Assembly (NCBI RefSeq): GCF_009914755.1
Contig: NC_060932.1
From: the human T2T-CHM13v2.0 reference genome, Homo sapiens
Reading direction: 5' to 3' (one strand)
Length of the DNA: 64,000 bases
How positions within the stretch are numbered: the stretch's first letter is position 1; the number at the start of each line of letters is the position of its first letter. A program made the translations under genes and the position numbers. Below the pieces are notes generated by a model. That model ran no database searches, was not told the origin of the DNA, and saw only the letters and a list, made by a program, of their open reading frames with translations. Shown in pieces: positions 56,387 through 64,000 of this stretch.

Positions 56387-59300
56387 TTATTAGCATTATA
56401 TACAGCAGAAACTTGTGACAGAGAGTTTTATTTAGGTCTTAGATAAGGTACAAAAAAAGAAGGAAAACATAAGTTTCTTCTACTTATACAACTAATTGCA
56501 TTATAGTTATCTATTACGAAGAGGGGAAAACCACACACAAAAAGAGCAGGCTAACAAACTGGCCAAAATAAACAGGTGCACAAAGAGAAACCACTGTTTA
56601 CTCAAAAAAGGAGGGAGCATTTTATTGCCTTATAATATCTACAACTTTCCGATTACACTAATATACTGTGAGCTGTAGATTTATGCATAACTGACTGAAA
56701 ATTATTTTAAGGTTTATTAATTTTTAATAATAAAAATTATTCCATCTGGGAGTTGTAGCAAAAAAAGAACCTAAAGGGGATCGAGCTTCTCAACTGGAGT
56801 ATAAACTGACATGAAATACAAAAGACAGAGACACCTCTGAAACCACATTCCAGGATATGATTACAAAATCCAGATAAGGGGAAACACAACAGGACAAATG
56901 ACTCAGTTTCTTAAAAGAATAAAGTAAAATAAACTGCTAGGGAAGAAAAAGAAGAGATTAAAAAAAACTAAAGAGATGTATTAACATACCAAACATATCA
57001 AAGACTAAAAAACTTAAGAGACATATTAACCAACTACAAATCTGTGAACCTTATCCTGATCTGACTCAACACACAAAAGGTAAAAGAAAATATTTATGAC
57101 TATTTGATGAAGGAATTACTGCTAATTTTTTAAGATGTCACAATGGTATGGTAGCTGTGTTTCTAAGAAAATGACCCTTAGCTTTTGGAGCTACGTAATG
57201 AAATTTTTACAGATCAGATAACATAATGTCTGACTTCTGCCTCAAAATAATAAGGAAGAGGAAAGTGGGTGGGGATACACATGAAACATGACTGGCCATG
57301 AGTTTCTAATTGTTGAACCTGGGTCATGAGGACTCATACCTATTTCTGTTATGTTTGAAATTTTCCATAACACAATTTTTAAAAAAATTCACAAAATGAG
57401 TTCAAAAACACAAAAAAAGATCCACAAAAGGCCAGGTGCAGTGGCTCACGCCTATAATCCCAGCACTTTGGGAGGCCGAGGCGGGCAGATCATTTGAGTC
57501 CAGGAGTTCGAGACCAGCCTCACCAACATGGCGAAACCCCGTCTCTACTGAAAATACAAAAATTAGCCAGTTGTGGTTGTGGGCGCCCGTAGTCCCAGCT
57601 ACTCGGGATGCTGAGACAGGAGAACTGCTTGAACCCAAGAGACAGGGTTGCAGTGAGCCAAGATCGCACTACCGCACTCCAACCTGGGCAACAGAATGAG
57701 ACTTCATCTCAAAGACAAATAAACCAAAAAACAAAATAAATTCACACAAAAAGATTATCAAATATAATCAAAGGACTAGCACCCAAAGTAAAAATCTATA
57801 GACCAGTAAAATACACAGGTAATGAAAAAACAGACTACCCAATTTTTTCTAAAACAGTCAGAAATTTAAATAAGGGGTTCGCAAAAAAGCAATCCAGATA
57901 GCTGATACCTCAATGAGATGGTATCACACACCCGTCAGATTTACAAAACATTTAAAATGTATGACAATATCAGATGCTAGCAAAAACTTACAGTAACTAT
58001 AAACTCACATAGCACTGATAAGAGTGCAAACTGGTACAATTCCATTGGAAAACTATTTTTGTATTATCTAGTAATGTCAATGATGTACATATCCCATGAC
58101 CCAGCAACTGCACTCTTAGGTTTTTCTTAGAAAAACGAGTGCACAGACACCAGGGGACATGCACAACAATGCTTATAAAAGTACTCTTCATGGAAGCCCC
58201 AAATAAAAACAATCCAAATGGCCAGCCAAAGTAGAACAGATAAACAAATCTGGTATAGTCACACAATGGAATTAATAGCAATAAAGTGAATGAACTGCAG
58301 TGACATACAAGACGTGGATGGATCTCAAGCATAATATTGAAAAAAAAAAAAAAACAAATAATATAGCCAGTATAATACTAATTATATCGTGCTCAAAGCC
58401 AGACAAAACTATATAATATAAGGATATACATTTAAATACTAAAGCTATAAGGAATAATAAGAAAATGATTACCATGAAAGGAAGAATTAGGGTTAACTCC
58501 AGGAGGAAGGAATGGAGTTAAGTGGGTGGAAGTTACAAGGGTATTTGCTTTATAGCAATCGGCAAAACTCTACTTTTCTGCATGCATACTTCTCAGTTTT
58601 AAAAGACTGTTAAAACAGAAGAGTCTGTAAGGAAAAGCACCTTTTCTCATGAAACTACTTTAGAACATGCTTCTCCAAAATGAAACTGTAAAGGGAGAAA
58701 AATGACATAGTATCTAATGCATGAGAATTAAAGGAAATCCCCTAAGATGATTTTAAAAGAAGCCTGAAGAACTAACAGTTCAGATTAGAACAGGATTAAA
58801 GGCTCCAGGAAGATAGTCTGCAAGGGAAAAACAGATGAAAAAAGAAAACCTGACAGACTACCTGAGTGTTCTCAGTCATAAGAAGTGACTTACAGTTTGA
58901 ATGGAGAGTAAGGGGATAAGTAAACAACCGCGGAAGTAAATTATTACATCCAGGGGAAAGTTGTGGACACTCTCCATAGTCACGGGAGTATGAACACTGA
59001 GTGCTCTGACTGAAAGGTAATAGAGCTATAGTAGGAAGATGCAGGAAGGGAAGGACAAGCAGGAGTGGTAACTTAATTGAACTCAATCTTGATCTTTCAG
59101 GGCAGGAATTCAATAGATCGCAAACTGAAAAGTCAAGAAGTAGTATAAGCATGAAACTTAGAAATACAAAGGTAAATATTTGAAAAAAAACAAAAACAAA
59201 AACAAAAACAGAGCTTTACATAAGTTGAAAGTGTTTGCCTCAGAACAGGAACCAGTTCTGGTGAAGGCTATGGCAGAAGACTGCCATTCATTGTAAGTCT

Positions 59301-59655
59301 TGCAATAATATTTTAAACATTTACACGGCACACGCATATTAACTTTGATAAATGTGAAGTAAAATTAAAATCTAGTGGGGAGCATTTGCTCCATGAACAA
59401 TCCACATACTGACTGCCCCTACAGTTTCAAACTTGTCAGGTATATATAGTTAACCTACTTAAATAAAGTTAACAGGTTGAATGAGAAAAAGGCTTATCTA
59501 ATTTGAACATAAGGAATTTGGAATCTGAAGAGTAAGAACTAATTATATGGCTTTTTTCCATGAAAAACACCTGGAAAATTACAATCTAACGTACATGCAA
59601 ATTTTAACAAATTTATCATTAAGAACCACGTAATTATTAAATATAGAAATTTTAC

Positions 59656-59770
59656 CTTGTAAAAATTTCCATATGACTTCCGAATATTGATCCACTTTTT
59701 CGCAAAAGGAGGGTATTTGAGCCTGCTGAGTTGACACTGAATGTTCAAGAACTTACTCATATCCCAAGAA
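59656..59770 (-). CDS. ERI1: ERI1 coding exon 6, (G)SWDMSKFLNIQCQLSRLKYPPFAKKWINIRKSYGNFYK, containing a DEDDh catalytic Asp
   Basis: aatttatag|TTCTTGGGATATG...TACAAG|gtaaaa; 115 nt (1 nt + 38 codons); overlaps ORF 59539..59760. Confidence 0.96.
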
Positions 59771-61713
59771 CTATAAATTAAAAAAGGACAAAAAATTGAT
59801 GAAATAAACGCTATGCTATTCTTACAAATGAGTATTTTAAATCATTTATTTATATATGTCAACTTTCTCATATTCAAATGTAACATCAAGCTGAGAAAAT
59901 TAACCTTGCTTCCTACAAAATACTAATTCAAAATTAAGCTTTAAAAACCAAACAAAGAAGTCGGATATATTAACTTTTGTTCACAAACTAATTCCTATTA
60001 GGCTCATCTTGATTGTTTTCATGGTTCTGGGCAGGCTTCTATCTTGCTGAGTATTATGCTAAGCTTACTTTTACTGCCAGACTTAGCATGGTAAGTTGAC
60101 AGCATGCTTTGAAATAAAACCAAAAACAAAAAAATGAAAGAAACAAAAGCAGCTGGTATCAAATGGTTAAAATACAATCTGTTCTGCTACAACATTTTTC
60201 TATAACACTAACCAATTTATTGTAGTTAAGGACAATACTGATTGTGTAATATGGAAATTGTGTTGGTTCCTACGTGGTTTTTCTTAGGCAAGGAGAGTCA
60301 GAATAATAGCAGTGGAAATTATAAACTTCAGCAGGAAATAAGAAAAGCCCTCAACTCAGCTGCTATACTGGGAACAGGATATAATCCTTTGTATTTTCTT
60401 ATAATACTGTCAACTATATTATAAGAAAATTAAAAATAAGTGTATGTCCCCAGGACACTAGTGCTTCTGTACAATTTTCATATACTTTGACGCAACCTCA
60501 CCTTCCCTGAGCTGCTTGCCTGGGCTGCCAAATTATTAATGGAGACTCTAATGATTGGTTTTTGTTAGTGCTCTTGTTACAAAATTGCATAGGTTTTGAG
60601 TGATCTGTCCCACAAAATGAGACTTTACCAGAACTGCGTATACTATACTACAGCAGAAACACCTGTATACTTTAGCAGAGCACTGCTCATTCATGTTTAA
60701 AATCAGTAATGGAGTTCTAAAGAGGTCCATAAACATTTTTCCAAACTTAACAGTTATGATGTGATTAAATTCAATGCTTTTCTCCTATCACATGTGAGGA
60801 TCTCCAAACCCTCTATGTTGGTGACATCTCAGGTATAGAGGATAACCTGCACAGTTTGAAACAGAAGTTGTTTAGGACGTTCTTTTCAACCTTAATGGCC
60901 TTAAGGTATCGGAGTTGCCCTGGCACAACGTCTGTCATCTATGTTTTAATCTTTCTGATCTTCCCATTTAGCTTTTCATTTAACAAATGCTTTTTGGGCA
61001 TACACTTTAAGCTCAGCACTAAGGTAAGCATTATGGAAGATTATTAGGCAGCAAAAGTCCTTCTCTGAAAGAATTTTAGATTTCCTTGCAAAAGTAAGTC
61101 TTATGTATGTACACAAAGATTATATATCAGAATATATGGTCAGATGTCAACATGAATGGTATATACCATAGAAATTATAAGGTTTCAAGGAAAAAAAAGA
61201 TCAATGGCGTTGTCAGGGTAAAACACAAGATGGGCTTTGAAAAATGATAAAGTTGTCGAGAAGACACTCTCAGTACAGAGGGAGGCATAAGTAACTACAC
61301 AGAGAAAGGGTAAATCATGTGAATTCCTGGGCCAGTCTGACTAAAGAGGATTAATGGCAGGTGAATTAGATTAAACAGGTAGCGTGGGATGAGAGGAAAG
61401 GGGCTTCAAGGCCAAGCTCAAGAGTCTGAACTTTTTTGAGTAAGGAAGTGTCATGAAAAAACAGAGTTTTAGCAAAGTCTTTTTAGCTTTACATATTTTT
61501 AACTTTCTGTAGTGTTCTAGTCCTGTATTGGACTGTGACCACTGTTTTCTTCCTCTCTTTCATCCTTAGGTGAAAGGAAAAATACTATTCCCTGTGGGGT
61601 GAGACTCTAGGGTCTCTAATAATAGTTTGTGGTTATTCTAAAAATCAGATAAATAAGGGTATCTTTAATCTTTAAAAAGTAGATATAAAAAAATAATCTT
61701 CCTAAATACTTAC

Positions 61714-61823
61714 CCATCTGTTAAAAGTGAGTATTTATACTTTGTTCCTAATTCCTTCAATTTCATCCAGTCAATTACTTTTTTTAGTACCTGAGGGAAG
61801 GTATCAGCTCTGTCTACCTGATC
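61714..61823 (-). CDS. ERI1: ERI1 coding exon 5, DQVDRADTFPQVLKKVIDWMKLKELGTKYKYSLLTDG
   Basis: atatcctcag|GATCAG...ACAGATGG|gtaagt; 110 nt, ends in phase 2 and fits the next exon. Confidence 0.96.
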
Positions 61824-62848
61824 CTGAGGATATAAAAGTAAAATATACAAAAATCAGGGCTGCAGATTCACGTAGACCTACAAAATACCCAGACCTAAGT
61901 TGGAGGGGAAGAAACAGTATGAGAAAGGCTGATACTTTAAATTCATGGTTTCCTTGGCTTAGCTCCACCTAAAGTTTCATTTTTAAGAAATTCTAAAAAT
62001 TTCATAACCAAGTACTGGGACTACTTTCAACTGAAACGTATAATCCTCCCAAAATTAAGATTTAAGATCATCCCCAGTGGTTCTCTTTTTATAGGCCTGA
62101 ACCTAGCGGCTTACTGGATTTCTAGAGGAGGGAAAAGAGAAATCTCTTCTAAGCTGAAAGCCACAGCTCCCTAAGTGTCTTCCCATCTCAGGTCTCACAA
62201 TTTTCCACGCATACTACATACTGCTGCCAGACTGATCTTCCTAAAACGCAAATCGGGTCCGCCCTATCACTCTCATACTTAAATCCTCCAACCACTCTCC
62301 AAGGCTTTCAGGACAAATAGATGCACAAGACCCTTCAGGATCTGGATTGCCTCTGCCTATCTGGACCATTTTCTTAACAGTCCATACACATCTGAACCAT
62401 CCTGAACTACCTGTAGGTCTGCCAGTTCCCACCTGAAATGCCCAGCCATTCTTTTCTGCCTACCTATCTTTCATGACTCAGCCCAAGTTCATCAACTTGA
62501 GAATGTTTTTCCCCAGGACAGTCTTCTATTCCCTCTGTCATATATGGAAGCCCTTTTCATAGATGTCCACAACACCGCAATAAAACACTGACTTATTAGG
62601 CCTACTGTGACCACTGCACAGACATACGTCTATATACACATAAAGATATATACAAATCCTGGCATATATTATAGTAGGCACTCAAATACACGTGGAGTGA
62701 ATGAATGAACTAACTAAATGAAAAAAGTGCCTACCACATTAGAATACAATAAAAAATCAGAGACCTAAAAATTCATGAAACAGGCTAGGTGTGGTGGCTC
62801 ATGCCCGTAATCCCAGCACTTTTTGGGACCGAGGAGGGCTTGAGGTCA

Positions 62849-63122
<274 letters not shown>

Positions 63123-63714
63123 CTAAAACTTATCTCTGGCTGGGCATGGTGGCTCACGTCTGTAATCCCAGCACTTTGGCAGGCCGAGGCGGGACACTTG
63201 AGGTTAGGTGTTCGAGACCAGCCTGGCCAATATGGCGAAACCAGGTCTCTACTAAAAATAAAAAAATTAGCCGGGTGCGGTGGCAACGCGCCTGTAGTCC
63301 CAGTTACTCAGGAGGTTGAGGCAGGAGAATCGCTTGAGCCCAGGAGGCAGAGGCTGCAGTGAGCCGAGGTCACGCCACTGTACTCAAGCCTGGGTGACAG
63401 AGTGAGACTGTCTCAAAAAAATAAATAAATCAAACATCTCCAAGTTCAGTATGGAAACAATTTGCTGATGCATTTTACAGACGAAATCTTTCGATTCACC
63501 ACTACAACTCCTTAAGAGGAAAGGCTGAGGAAAATGTTACCAGATATAAAATTTGCTGTTTTTTTTTTTTTAATTATTACAACATGAAAGATCTTTACCA
63601 AGCAAGGTATTAAATTGTTCACAACAGTAATAATTTTTTTAAATTATGTATAAAATAAATCCCTAATTTCAAGAACTCTTTCAAACTCTAGAAAGAAGAA
63701 CTTAGAATTATAAC

Positions 63715-63798
63715 CTGAGTAATTCCAGTTAGACTGATGCAGAAATCAGACAGCTGTGTGTTAATCTCTGGTCTTACATACTGCTGAAACGTGTCTTC
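63715..63798 (-). CDS. ERI1: ERI1 coding exon (exon 4 of 7 by recalled structure), EDTFQQYVRPEINTQLSDFCISLTGITQ
   Basis: Minus strand reads cccttgcag|GAAGACACG...ATTACTCAG|gttata; 84 nt, phase 0/0; the peptide has the ERI1-family exonuclease motif FxxYVRP...LSxFCxxLTGITQ. Confidence 0.96.
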
Positions 63799-64000
63799 CT
63801 GCAAGGGAAGGATAGCAAGTTAAAGTAATTTATATGAGTTAAGATACACGATACATGATACACGACGAATTCATCACAGCAGGTTGCAATTTCATAGGAT
63901 CTCACGGCATAAACCCTTCCAGTTTTTAAGAATAATTCCCCACATCGAAAGCACTCTTAATTTTTAAATTAAAAAATGAATTGGTTCATAATTTAAAATA

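Overview
Human (or very close primate) genomic DNA, repeat-rich, with no prokaryotic features. The right third holds the last four coding exons of ERI1 (3'hExo, a DEDDh exoribonuclease) on the minus strand: 63798-63715, 61823-61714, 59770-59656 and 50331-50089. All have canonical AG/GT sites and consistent phases. A ~3.3 kb 3' UTR follows, and its distal AATAAA lies inside a MER58 DNA transposon. Downstream on the same strand are a near full-length Tigger1, a candidate alternative terminal exon with a textbook poly(A) site, and the MIR4660 hairpin. The most structured region (13.6-21.6 kb) is a nested retroelement stack. A processed PTMA (prothymosin alpha) pseudogene is split by an AluY and by a 6.3 kb two-LTR HERV-H provirus (GTTGG target-site duplication (TSD), His primer-binding site, LTR7up-type AAAAGAAG motif). 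About 80 bp later comes a 3'-truncated U3 snoRNA retrocopy. A near-consensus CTCF motif lies in the pseudogene just upstream of the provirus. A U7 snRNA retrocopy sits at ~7.6 kb. The rest is Alu, L1, L2, MIR, MER and LTR debris. Repeat boundaries and subfamily names were assigned by eye and are approximate; identifications rest on sequences recalled from memory, not on database searches.
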